A DNA stretch of 36,259 bases from Myxococcota bacterium (GTDB taxonomy: Bacteria; Myxococcota_A; UBA9160; DASRUS01): assembly GCA_035687825.1 (NCBI GenBank), contig DASRUS010000237.1:1-36259 (forward strand), read 5' to 3'. Position 1 is the stretch's first letter; the number at the start of each line of letters is the position of its first letter. A model generated the notes under the pieces. It saw only the letters and a program-made list of their open reading frames with translations, did no database searches and was not told the DNA's origin. A program made the position numbers and the translations under genes. Positions 26,819-34,563 of this stretch are shown piece by piece.

Positions 26819-28878
26819 GCGGCCTCCCGCCGGCGCAGCCCTTCGTCCACGAGCGCCGCCACGTCGAGCACGAGCACCGCCTGCTGGTCGCCGAGCTCCG
26901 TGGCTCCCGCGATGCCCTGCACCGCGGCGAGGGGACCCTGCAGCGGCTTCAGCAGCGCGTCCTGCTGGCCGTCGAGGCGGTCCACGAGCAGGCCCGCGCG
27001 CGACTCGCCGAGGCCGACGACGACCGCGAACTGTCGCGCACCCGGCTCCGGCGCGGCGAGGCCGAACACGTCCGCGAGGCGGCGCAGCACGAGCGGCTCG
27101 CCGCGCAGGGAGAGCAGCTCGCGGCCCTCGCTGCGCTGGATCGCGCCCGGCTCCACCACGAGCGTCTCCTGCACCGCGCCGAGGGGGATCGCGAAGCGCT
27201 GGCCCCCGGCGGCCACGACGAGCGCCTGGATGATGGCGAGGGTGATGGGCAGCGTGAGCGAGACGCGCGTGCCGCGGCCCGGCTCGGAGTCGAGCTCCAC
27301 CGCGCCGCCGAGCGCGGTCACGTTCGCGCGCACCACGTCCAGGCCGACGCCGCGCCCGCTCGTCTCGGTCACGCCGTCGCGCGTGGAGAAGCCCGGCGCG
27401 AAGACGAGCGCCAGGGTCTCGGAGCGGGAGAGCGCGTCCTCCGCCCGCACCAGACCGCTCCCCTCGGCGCGCTCGCGCACCCGGGCGGGGTCGATGCCGC
27501 GGCCGTCGTCGGTCACGGCGATCACCACGTGGTTGCCGCGCTGGCTCGCCTCGATGCGGATCTCTCCCAGGGCGGGCTTGCTGGCGGCGCGTCGCTCGTC
27601 CGCGGGCTCGATCGCGTGGTCGAAGGCGTTGCGCACGAGGTGCATGAGCGGATCGACGAGCTCCTCCACGATGAGCTTGTCGAGCTCGGTGTCGGCGCCG
27701 CGGATCTCGAGGCGCACGTCCTTGTCGAGGTCGCGGCGCAGCCGCCGCGCCACGCGCGAGAGGCGCTCGAACACCTGGCGCAGCGGCACCATGCGCACGT
27801 CGAGGACGCCGGCCTGGAGGTCCTGGAGCTTGCGGTCGAGGGAGCGGTGCACCTTGTGGAGCTCGACGGCGACGCGCGCGGTGGCGGGCTCCTGGGCCAG
27901 ACGCTGCGCGATCGACTCGAGGGCGCCGCGCTGGAGCACGAGCTCGCCGACCAGGTTCATGAGCTCGTCGAGCTTGCGGATGTCCACGCGCACCGTGTCG
28001 CTCTGCGAACGGAGCGACTCGCCCTCGCCCGGGAGCGCGGCCTCGAGCCCGGTCTCCGACGCGGCGGCAGGCGCCGGGCTCGCGTCGGAGGAAGCTTCCG
28101 CCGCCGGGGACTCGGCGCTCGCGGCCGCCACGAGCTCGCGCACCGCGTCCTCCGCGAGCTCGAGGCGCGCGGCGAGCTCGCGCGCCACGAGATCGCTCCC
28201 CACCAGCAGCGAGAAGCGGATCTGCGGCTGCACCGCGTCGCCGGGCGAGGGCAGGGTCGAGATCAGCTCGCCCACCTCGGCGATGGCGGCGTTCGCCTCG
28301 CGCAGACCTTCCTCGAACGACGCGAGGTCGAAGCCGAGCTCGACGCAGAGCAGCCGGCGCCCCCGGCGCAGGTTCTCGCGCAGGCGGTGCTCCTCGTACT
28401 CCGTGAGGGCGCGCAGGAGCGCGGGATCGATGGGCAGCGCCTCGAGCGCCGGCTCGGGCGCCCCGCCACACGCGCGCTCGATGCGCGCCACGAGGTCCCG
28501 GACCGAGCCCTCCAGGGCCTGCGCGCCGTCGGCCGAGGGCAGCTCCCCGAGCGCGCGCGCGAAGAGCGCCACCGCCTCGTCGAGGAGCGGAAGCGCCGGT
28601 GAATCGAGCCTCACGCGCGAGAGGCGCAGGCCGTCGAGGAGGTCCTCGGCCCGGTGCGCGAGCTCGCCGAGCGCGTCGAAGCCGAACATGCCGGAGAGGC
28701 CCTTCAGCGAGTGCGCCGAGCGGAACAGTCGGTTCACGAGTGCGGGATCCGCGCCCTCGCCGCGCGCCCGCGCCTCGCCGAGGTCCGCGAGGTCCGCGCG
28801 CATGCGCTCCAGGATCTCCTCGCACTCGGAGACGAACTCGCGATGCGCCTTGCTGCGGCGGGGTCCGCGTCTCGCCAT
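26815..28878 (-). CDS. cheA: Chemotaxis histidine kinase CheA
   Basis: The 687-aa ORF has an HPt domain with RSAHSLKGLSGMFG, a dimerisation region (VRVDIRKLDELMNLVGELV), an HATPase domain (HLVRNAFDHAIE, DDGRGID, GRGVGLDVV) and a C-terminal CheW-like P5 domain. There is no fused receiver. Confidence 0.95.
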   Translation of the reverse strand: MARRGPRRSKAHREFVSECEEILERMRADLADLGEARARGEGADPALVNRLFRSAHSLKGLSGMFGFDALGELAHRAEDLLDGLRLSRVRLDSPALPLLDEAVALFARALGELPSADGAQALEGSVRDLVARIERACGGAPEPALEALPIDPALLRALTEYEEHRLRENLRRGRRLLCVELGFDLASFEEGLREANAAIAEVGELISTLPSPGDAVQPQIRFSLLVGSDLVARELAARLELAEDAVRELVAAASAESPAAEASSDASPAPAAASETGLEAALPGEGESLRSQSDTVRVDIRKLDELMNLVGELVLQRGALESIAQRLAQEPATARVAVELHKVHRSLDRKLQDLQAGVLDVRMVPLRQVFERLSRVARRLRRDLDKDVRLEIRGADTELDKLIVEELVDPLMHLVRNAFDHAIEPADERRAASKPALGEIRIEASQRGNHVVIAVTDDGRGIDPARVRERAEGSGLVRAEDALSRSETLALVFAPGFSTRDGVTETSGRGVGLDVVRANVTALGGAVELDSEPGRGTRVSLTLPITLAIIQALVVAAGGQRFAIPLGAVQETLVVEPGAIQRSEGRELLSLRGEPLVLRRLADVFGLAAPEPGARQFAVVVGLGESRAGLLVDRLDGQQDALLKPLQGPLAAVQGIAGATELGDQQAVLVLDVAALVDEGLRRREAA

Positions 28879-28881
28879 GCG

Positions 28882-29268
28882 CTATCCCCCCGCGCGCGAG
28901 CCGTCGAGCAGCGTCTGCGCGAGGCGACGCAGCTCGGCGGGATCGAACGGCTTCACCAGGTACGCGTCGGCTCCGAGCTCGAGGCCCTTCTCGCGATCGC
29001 GTTCGGAGCCCTCGGTGGAGATGATCACGAGGGGGATCTGCCGATACGCTTCGTTGCGCTTGATGAACGAGACGAGCTCGAGCCCGTTGATGTCGGGCAT
29101 GTTGATGTCGGTGAGGATCAGGTCGTAGCGCGCGCGGGGGAGCTGGCGCAGCGCCTCGAAGCCGCTCTCGGCCTCCGTCACCTTCACCGGCGCGTCGAGG
29201 TCTTCGAGGGCCGAGACGAGGAGCGACCGCATGGTCGCCGAGTCCTCCACGACGAGAACGCGATGCAC
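28882..29268 (-). CDS. cheY: CheY-like single-domain response regulator, first gene of the che cluster
   Basis: The 128-aa product is VHRVLVVEDSATMRSLL...LILTDINMPDINGL...VIISTEG...GADAYLVKPF. The GTG at 29268 follows AGGGGGG. The stop lies 3 nt before the cheA ATG. Confidence 0.88.
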   Translation of the reverse strand: MHRVLVVEDSATMRSLLVSALEDLDAPVKVTEAESGFEALRQLPRARYDLILTDINMPDINGLELVSFIKRNEAYRQIPLVIISTEGSERDREKGLELGADAYLVKPFDPAELRRLAQTLLDGSRAGG

Positions 29269-29664
29269 GGGACCCCCCTGCGCCCCAGCCGCGGGGCGGC
29301 TCGGGTCGTATCGGTGTCCCGGTGGCTTTCTTGAGGCGGCGGGCGGACTTCCGACTTGTTCACTCCGCTCGCCTACGGCTCGCTGCGCGCCCGGGCTGGA
29401 GACTCCGAAGGACGTTCTTGCATTCTCGTGAGGCGGAGTACCCAGCGCCCGGGACCCACTCCCACCAGCCCGGGCTTGCCGGCGGCTCGCACACGGTCCG
29501 CGAGTATCCGAATCGGCGTCCGCAAGGAACGCGCCGGAGGCGGGCAAGTCCGTGCTGGTTGCACCCGGCCGGGGCGGGAAGGCCTCAGACGCGCGGGACC
29601 AGCGAACCCCCGGGCGAAGCCTCGAGCACGGACGCGCAGCGAGCCGCAGGCGAGCGGAGCAAGG
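29269..29664 (-). other. 396-nt non-coding spacer upstream of the che cluster, a presumed promoter or 5' leader
   Basis: This is the largest gap in the window. All ORFs in it have junk composition. It contains the least GC-rich patch of the region (gagaatgcaagaacg on the minus strand, about 29411..29426). I could not identify a convincing promoter. Confidence 0.4.
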
Positions 29665-31335
29665 TCATCGGTTGCGCAGGGCGCGATCGAGGGCCTCGCC
29701 CGCGGCGCGGAGCAGCGACTCGAGCGCGGTGCACTCCGGGAGGGGTCCATCGCCCGGGAGGGTGTCGGCGTAGAGCAGCGCCACCACGGCGCTCTCGGTG
29801 GCGAGGGGCGCCACGAAGGCCTGCGACGCCGGCGCGCCGCCGAGCAGCGCCGCGAGACGCAGGTCGCCCTCGTCCGACGGCGGCCCCCCGGCGGGCGCGC
29901 GCGTCTCCAGCACGCGGCGGAACCACGCCGGCTCGTCCGCGCGCAGGGCCACCCGCCGGATTCCCGAATCGTCGGGTCCCCCCGCGCTCGGGAGCCCCAC
30001 CTGCGCCATGCCGAGCGCGGCGCCGTCGCGCACCATGAAGACCGCGACGCGCGAGAACGTCTCGGCCGCGAGACGCAGCACCAGGGGCAGCACCTCGCCG
30101 CGGAAGCTGGGGTCGCGCAGGCGCGCCGCCGCGGCGCCGATCCGCTCGGCCAGCGTGGGCGGCGGCGCTGCGGCGCCGCCGTTCGCGGGCACCACGAGTG
30201 CCGGCAGCGGCTCCAATTCCGGCTGCGGCGCCGCCGCCCGCTCCGCGCCCGCGCCGAGCGACGCGACGCACGCGCGCAGCGCGGCCTCGAGCTCGCGCTC
30301 GCCCCCCGGCTCCGGCCGCGGCAGCACGCCGTCGAGAGCCTCGGGCGCGCGCTCCGGCCGGCTGCCTCCCTCCTCGAGGAGGAAGACCGGCATGCGCGGC
30401 GCCTGGGTCTTCAAGCGCGCGAGGATCTCGCGCCAGTCGCGCGCGCCGCTCAGCGGATCGGGGGGAGTGCGCGACGAGAGGATCACGACCGGCGTCTCGC
30501 CGCGCGCGAGGTAGTGGCGGATGCGCGCGATGCCGAGGTCCGAGCGCTGGAAGACGTGGATGCGCGCGGCCGCGTCGGCGAGGCCGCGCTTGATGCGCTC
30601 CAGATCCGGAAGCTCGGGCTCGATCACCACGACCGGGGGGAGCTCGCCGGGCGCGCTCCCGCGTCGGCCGCGGGCGGCCGCGCGCGGCGGGGCGGAGGTC
30701 GCCTCCCGCGCAACTTCGAGCGGCGCCCGCTCGGCCGCGCGCGACGTCTCCTCCGGCTCGGGCTCGGGCGTCCAGATCTCGTCGCCGTCGCTCGGGTCTT
30801 CCTCCGACGCCGCCCGCGCGCCGGGCTCGGGCTCCCCGCGCGCGCGGCGCTCGTCCTGGAGGCGCGTGCCCTCGAGCGCGAGGAACTGGGGATTCATTCC
30901 CGTGGCGAGGACGAGGTCGGCGTCGCGGTCGTGCTCGCCCGCGAGCCCCATCTCGAAGCTGAACTCGCCGGCCGCCCAGTGGAACATGCGCAGCACCGTC
31001 GCCTCGACGTGCTCGAGGCGCAGCGCCGCGATCCGCGCCGCGCTGGCGACGCCCTCCCGGGCGAGGACCTCGGCGAGCGAGGCTCCGCTCTCGTGCGCCG
31101 CCCGGGCGAGCTGCTCGGCCGCCTCGGGCCCGAGCGCCCCGCGCGCGACCAGCAGCTCGCGCAGGTCGGTCGGCCCGCCCTCGAGCTCGGCGGCGCGGAT
31201 CTCGCCGTCGCGGAACAGGATCCAGCCCTTGCCGTCCTCGCAGCGCAGGCAAAGTTGCCCCGACTTCCGCGACAGGCTGATGATCTGGAGGATCTCGCCC
31301 AGGCCGAGATCCTCGAGACTTCCCACCAGGCTCAT
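29665..31335 (-). CDS. DUF4388 (PatA-N-like) plus pseudo-receiver plus GAF-like domain protein
   Basis: The 556-aa tail of ORF 29665..31863 starts MSLVGSLEDLGLGEILQIISLSRKSGQLCLRCEDGKGWILF. After an acidic/Pro linker comes a receiver-like segment lacking the acidic pocket (VVVIEPELP...VVILSSRTPP). The C-terminal region is GAF-like (VLPLVLRLAAETFSRVAVFMVRDG...VVALLYADTL). Confidence 0.65.
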   Translation of the reverse strand: MSLVGSLEDLGLGEILQIISLSRKSGQLCLRCEDGKGWILFRDGEIRAAELEGGPTDLRELLVARGALGPEAAEQLARAAHESGASLAEVLAREGVASAARIAALRLEHVEATVLRMFHWAAGEFSFEMGLAGEHDRDADLVLATGMNPQFLALEGTRLQDERRARGEPEPGARAASEEDPSDGDEIWTPEPEPEETSRAAERAPLEVAREATSAPPRAAARGRRGSAPGELPPVVVIEPELPDLERIKRGLADAAARIHVFQRSDLGIARIRHYLARGETPVVILSSRTPPDPLSGARDWREILARLKTQAPRMPVFLLEEGGSRPERAPEALDGVLPRPEPGGERELEAALRACVASLGAGAERAAAPQPELEPLPALVVPANGGAAAPPPTLAERIGAAAARLRDPSFRGEVLPLVLRLAAETFSRVAVFMVRDGAALGMAQVGLPSAGGPDDSGIRRVALRADEPAWFRRVLETRAPAGGPPSDEGDLRLAALLGGAPASQAFVAPLATESAVVALLYADTLPGDGPLPECTALESLLRAAGEALDRALRNR

Positions 31336-31427
31336 CTGGAGCGCCCACCGGACGAGTACACACGTCCCCCCGGCCCGCACGAGGGCCGCCGGATCCGCCC
31401 GGAGCATCGGGTCAGCGCGGAGCGGAC

Positions 31428-31982
31428 TTAAACCGACGGCGGAGCCGGGCGGAGCAGGACTTCCAGATCGCGCCGGCCCAGGCGCTGGGCGAGGACGCGC
31501 GCGAGCGACTCGATGCCCGGCTCCGTGCCCGCGGGCACGAGCAGGCCGAGCTGCTCGAGGGGCGGCCCCGCCGCGAGCGAAGCCTCGACGAACGCCGCGG
31601 CGCTCGCATCGAGCGGCAGCTCGGCGGGTCGCCCGCAAAGCGGCAGCGCGACGGTGACCCTCGGGAAGCCGAGGCCTGCGGCGCGCGCGAGGGCGTCCTC
31701 CGCCACACGCTGCAGGCCCGAGCGTTCGAGGTACACGGCGGGGCCGAGGCCGAGGAGCAGGAGGCGCGGGCAGGCGAGCGCGCTCCCGGTGCCGACCAGG
31801 GCGGCCTCCCCCGCCCCGCCCCGCAGCCGGCCCGACTCCAGCAGGCGCGACATGCTCCCGCACAGGCGCCAGTCGGCGCGGCCCGCGCCGCCGCGCAACG
31901 GGCGATCGTCCTCGAAGAACGCGACCACGGCCACGTCGGCGACCGCCTTCTCGATGGGCGCCGCCTCGATCGCGAGCTTCAC
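31428..31982 (-). CDS. Stand-alone peptidase-M17 (leucyl aminopeptidase) N-terminal-like domain protein with no catalytic domain
   Basis: The 184-aa product starts at GTG 31982: VKLAIEAAPIEKAVADVAVVAFFEDDRPLRGGAGRADWRLCGSMSRLLESGRLRGGAGEAALV...RLLLLGLG. This mirrors the PepA N-domain pattern (xxVVGVFE...L....G.L..LL..G...GK.G..L.....R.LL.G.G). The assignment is by eye only. Confidence 0.5.
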   Translation of the reverse strand: MKLAIEAAPIEKAVADVAVVAFFEDDRPLRGGAGRADWRLCGSMSRLLESGRLRGGAGEAALVGTGSALACPRLLLLGLGPAVYLERSGLQRVAEDALARAAGLGFPRVTVALPLCGRPAELPLDASAAAFVEASLAAGPPLEQLGLLVPAGTEPGIESLARVLAQRLGRRDLEVLLRPAPPSV

Positions 31983-32019
31983 GAGCTTCCCGTCTCGCCG
32001 GTCCGGTCGAGGCCGGACA

Positions 32020-32460
32020 CTAGCCCGCCCCGCGCACCGAACGGGCCAGTGCGTCCAGCACACCGTTCACGAAGGCCGGCGAGCGCTCGCCGCCGAAGCG
32101 CCGCGCGAGCTCGACGGCCTCGTCGATCACCACCGGGGTGGGGGTGTCCGAATGCAGGAGCTCGTAGGCCGCGAGGCGGAGCACGTTGCGATCCACCACG
32201 GCCATGCGCTCGACGCGCCAGTGCTCGGCGTGCTGGGCGAGCTGCGCGTCGAGCGCGGCTCGGCTCGCCACGACCCCGCACAGGAGCTCCTTCGCGAACG
32301 CGCGCGCCCCTTCGGGCAGCTCGAAGTGGGCCGCCACGCCGTCGAGGGTCTCCTCGGGAGCGGGGCTCGCTCCGGCGCCCCGCTCCGCGATGTCGATGGC
32401 GTAGAGCACCTGCAGCGCCACCTCGCGGGAGCGGTGCCGGGACGTGCCGCCGCGGCTCAC
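32020..32460 (-). CDS. nusB: Transcription antitermination factor NusB
   Basis: The 146-aa product reads SREVALQVLYAIDI...WRVERMAVVDRNVLRLAAYELL...PVVIDEAVELAR.F....PAFVNGVLD. The GTG at 32460 overlaps the ribH stop (GTGA). Confidence 0.93.
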   Translation of the reverse strand: MSRGGTSRHRSREVALQVLYAIDIAERGAGASPAPEETLDGVAAHFELPEGARAFAKELLCGVVASRAALDAQLAQHAEHWRVERMAVVDRNVLRLAAYELLHSDTPTPVVIDEAVELARRFGGERSPAFVNGVLDALARSVRGAG

Positions 32461-32942
32461 GCGCCGCCCTCCGGCGGCTTCGCGAGGCTCGCGCGCAGGC
32501 GCGCCATCTCGATGGCGGTGAGCGCCGCCTCGGCGCCCTTGTTCCCCTCCTCGCCGCCCGCCCGCGCCAGGGCCTGGTCCAGGTCCTCGGTGGTCAGCAC
32601 CCCGAAGGCGATGGGCACGTCGGTCTCACGCATGCTCTCGCGCACTCCGTCGGTGACGGCCCGGCAGACGTATTCGAAGTGCGGCGTCTCGCCGCGGATC
32701 ACGACGCCCAGGGCCACGAGGGCATCATAGCGGCCGCTCGCCGCGAGCGTGCGCGCCGCGAACGGGATCTCGAACGCCCCCGGCACCCAGGCCACGTGGA
32801 TGTCCTCGCCCCCGGCTCCGCGCGCGCGGAGCTCGCGCGCGCAGCCCTCGAGGAGCCTCGCCGAGACGAGGTGGTTGAAGCGCGAGACCACGATGGCGAA
32901 GCGGAGCCCCGTGGCGTCGCGCGGTGCGGACCAGATCCTCAT
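32457..32942 (-). CDS. ribH: 6,7-dimethyl-8-ribityllumazine synthase
   Basis: The 161-aa product starts at ATG 32942: RFAIVVSRFNHLVSARLLEG...VAWVPGAFEIPFAA...ALGVVIRGETPHFEYVC...IAFGVLTTE...NKGAEAA. Confidence 0.95.
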   Translation of the reverse strand: MRIWSAPRDATGLRFAIVVSRFNHLVSARLLEGCARELRARGAGGEDIHVAWVPGAFEIPFAARTLAASGRYDALVALGVVIRGETPHFEYVCRAVTDGVRESMRETDVPIAFGVLTTEDLDQALARAGGEEGNKGAEAALTAIEMARLRASLAKPPEGGA

Positions 32943-32961
32943 ACGTGGAGCTTCGCCGGGT

Positions 32962-34098
32962 TCATGCGCGAAGCTTCGCCGAGTCGAGCCGCGCGTGCAC
33001 GTGCAGATCCGGGCCCACGCGCGCCACCGCGACCCGTCCGAGCTCGACGGCCTCGGCGAGGCGCGCCACGGCGAGGGGCCCGAGCGCGGGCCGGCCTTCG
33101 CAGCCGAGGAGCCTGGGCGAGACGAACCAGTGGATCTCGTCCACCAGCCCCTGGCGCAGGAGCGCCGCCGCGAGGCCCGCGCCGCCCTCGCAGAGCGCCG
33201 TGGTGATGCCCTCGCGCGCCAGCGCCGCGAGCGCCGCACGCAGGTCGAGCTTCGCGCCGCGCCGCGCCACGGGCACGACCCGCGCGCCGTGCGCCTCGAG
33301 CGCCGCGCGCCGGCGCGGGGCCGGGCGCGGCGCGCAGAGCAACCAGGTCGGGGCGACGCGCGCCTCGCGCACGAGCCGGGCGGCGGTGGGCACGCGCAGC
33401 CCGGAGTCCACCACGACGCGCACCGGCCGGTGCACGACGCGGCCGCGGCTCCGCGCCGCGAGCTCGGGGTCGTCGGCGCGGACCGTCCCCGAGCCCACCA
33501 GGATCGCGTCCGTGCTCGAGCGCCAGCGCTGCACGAGGGCGCGCGCGGGGGGCGACGAGATCCAACGCGACTCGCCCCGCGCGGTCGCGATGCGTCCGTC
33601 GAGGGTCGCGGCGAGCTTGAGCGTCAGGAAGGGTCGCCCGCGCTCGTGCACCGAGAGGAAGCCGCGGTGGTGCTCGCGACACGCGTCCTCCAGCACGCCC
33701 GTCGCGACGCGCGCGCCGCCGGAGCGGAGCTTCGCCAGCCCGCGGCCGCGCACGCGGGGGTGCGGATCGCGCGCCCCCACCCACACGCGGCGGATCCCGG
33801 CGCGCAGGATCGCGTCGGTGCACGGGCCGGTGCGTCCCGTGAAGCAACACGGCTCGAGCGTGACGGCCAGCTCGGCGCCGCGCAGCCGGCGCTCGCCGAA
33901 GCGGCGCCGGGCCGACTCGAGGGCCACGATCTCGGCGTGCGGCCCGCCGGGCGGGCGCGTCGAGCCGCGCCCGAGCACGCGTCCCTCGCGAAACACGACC
34001 GCTCCCACCGCGGGGTTCGGAAACGTGCGGCCGGCCGCGCGGCGTGCCTCGCGCAGGGCCAGCCGCATGGCGTCCTCCGGCTCCAGCCGCGGGCTCAC
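32962..34098 (-). CDS. ribD: Bifunctional riboflavin biosynthesis protein RibD (deaminase/reductase)
   Basis: The product carries the deaminase motif PNPAVGAVV...HAEIVAL...TLEPCCFTGRTGPC and a reductase half (LKLAATLDGRIA...WISS). The GTG at 34098 overlaps the nrdR stop (GTGA). An alternative ATG lies at 34068. Confidence 0.93.
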   Translation of the reverse strand: MSPRLEPEDAMRLALREARRAAGRTFPNPAVGAVVFREGRVLGRGSTRPPGGPHAEIVALESARRRFGERRLRGAELAVTLEPCCFTGRTGPCTDAILRAGIRRVWVGARDPHPRVRGRGLAKLRSGGARVATGVLEDACREHHRGFLSVHERGRPFLTLKLAATLDGRIATARGESRWISSPPARALVQRWRSSTDAILVGSGTVRADDPELAARSRGRVVHRPVRVVVDSGLRVPTAARLVREARVAPTWLLCAPRPAPRRRAALEAHGARVVPVARRGAKLDLRAALAALAREGITTALCEGGAGLAAALLRQGLVDEIHWFVSPRLLGCEGRPALGPLAVARLAEAVELGRVAVARVGPDLHVHARLDSAKLRA

Positions 34099-34562
34099 CC
34101 CTCGCGCGCCAGGGGCTTGGCGAGCGAAGCGAAGAACTTCGCGTAGTCCTCGGCGTTCTCGAAGGTGTGGAACACCGAGGCGAAGCGCGCCGCCGCCATG
34201 GCGTCGAGCGGGGTGAGCTCTTCCATCACCCACTCGCCCAGCGTGCGGCTCGACACCTCGGGAGCGCCGAGCTCCTGGAGGCGGCGCTCGATGCGGTCCG
34301 TGAGCCGCTCCAGCGCCTCGGCGCTCACCGGCCGCTTCGCGCAGGCCTTCTCCAGGCTCGCGGCGAGCTTGCGCCGGTCCCACTCCTCCCGGCGCTCGTT
34401 GCGCTTCACGACCTTGGGCAGCACCTCCTCCACGCGCTCGCGCGTGGTGAAGCGGCGCTCGCACTCGAGGCACTCGCGGCGCCGGCGGATCTCCTCGCCG
34501 TCGCGCCCGAGCCGGGAGTCGATGACCTTGTTGTCGGCGTGGCCGCAGAACGGACAGCGCAC
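34095..34562 (-). CDS. nrdR: Transcriptional repressor NrdR
   Basis: The 155-aa product is (V/M)RCPFCGHADNKVIDSR...RRRRECLECERRFTTRERVE, a zinc ribbon, followed by an ATP-cone. The GTG lies 1 nt after the glyA stop. Confidence 0.95.
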   Translation of the reverse strand: MRCPFCGHADNKVIDSRLGRDGEEIRRRRECLECERRFTTRERVEEVLPKVVKRNERREEWDRRKLAASLEKACAKRPVSAEALERLTDRIERRLQELGAPEVSSRTLGEWVMEELTPLDAMAAARFASVFHTFENAEDYAKFFASLAKPLAREG

Positions 34563-34563
34563 G

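Noticed and set aside
29541-29560. A sigma-54-like element on the minus strand (CAGCACGGACTTGCC) upstream of the che cluster.
   Set aside because: The near-invariant GG of the -24 box is AG here, and the spacing to TTGC is one nucleotide short. That is not enough to call a promoter.
32001-32018. A 6-bp-stem hairpin (gtccgg tcgagg ccggac) between nusB and the next gene.
   Set aside because: It is too small and unaccompanied by a U-tract or conserved motif. It was noted only as possible mRNA structure.
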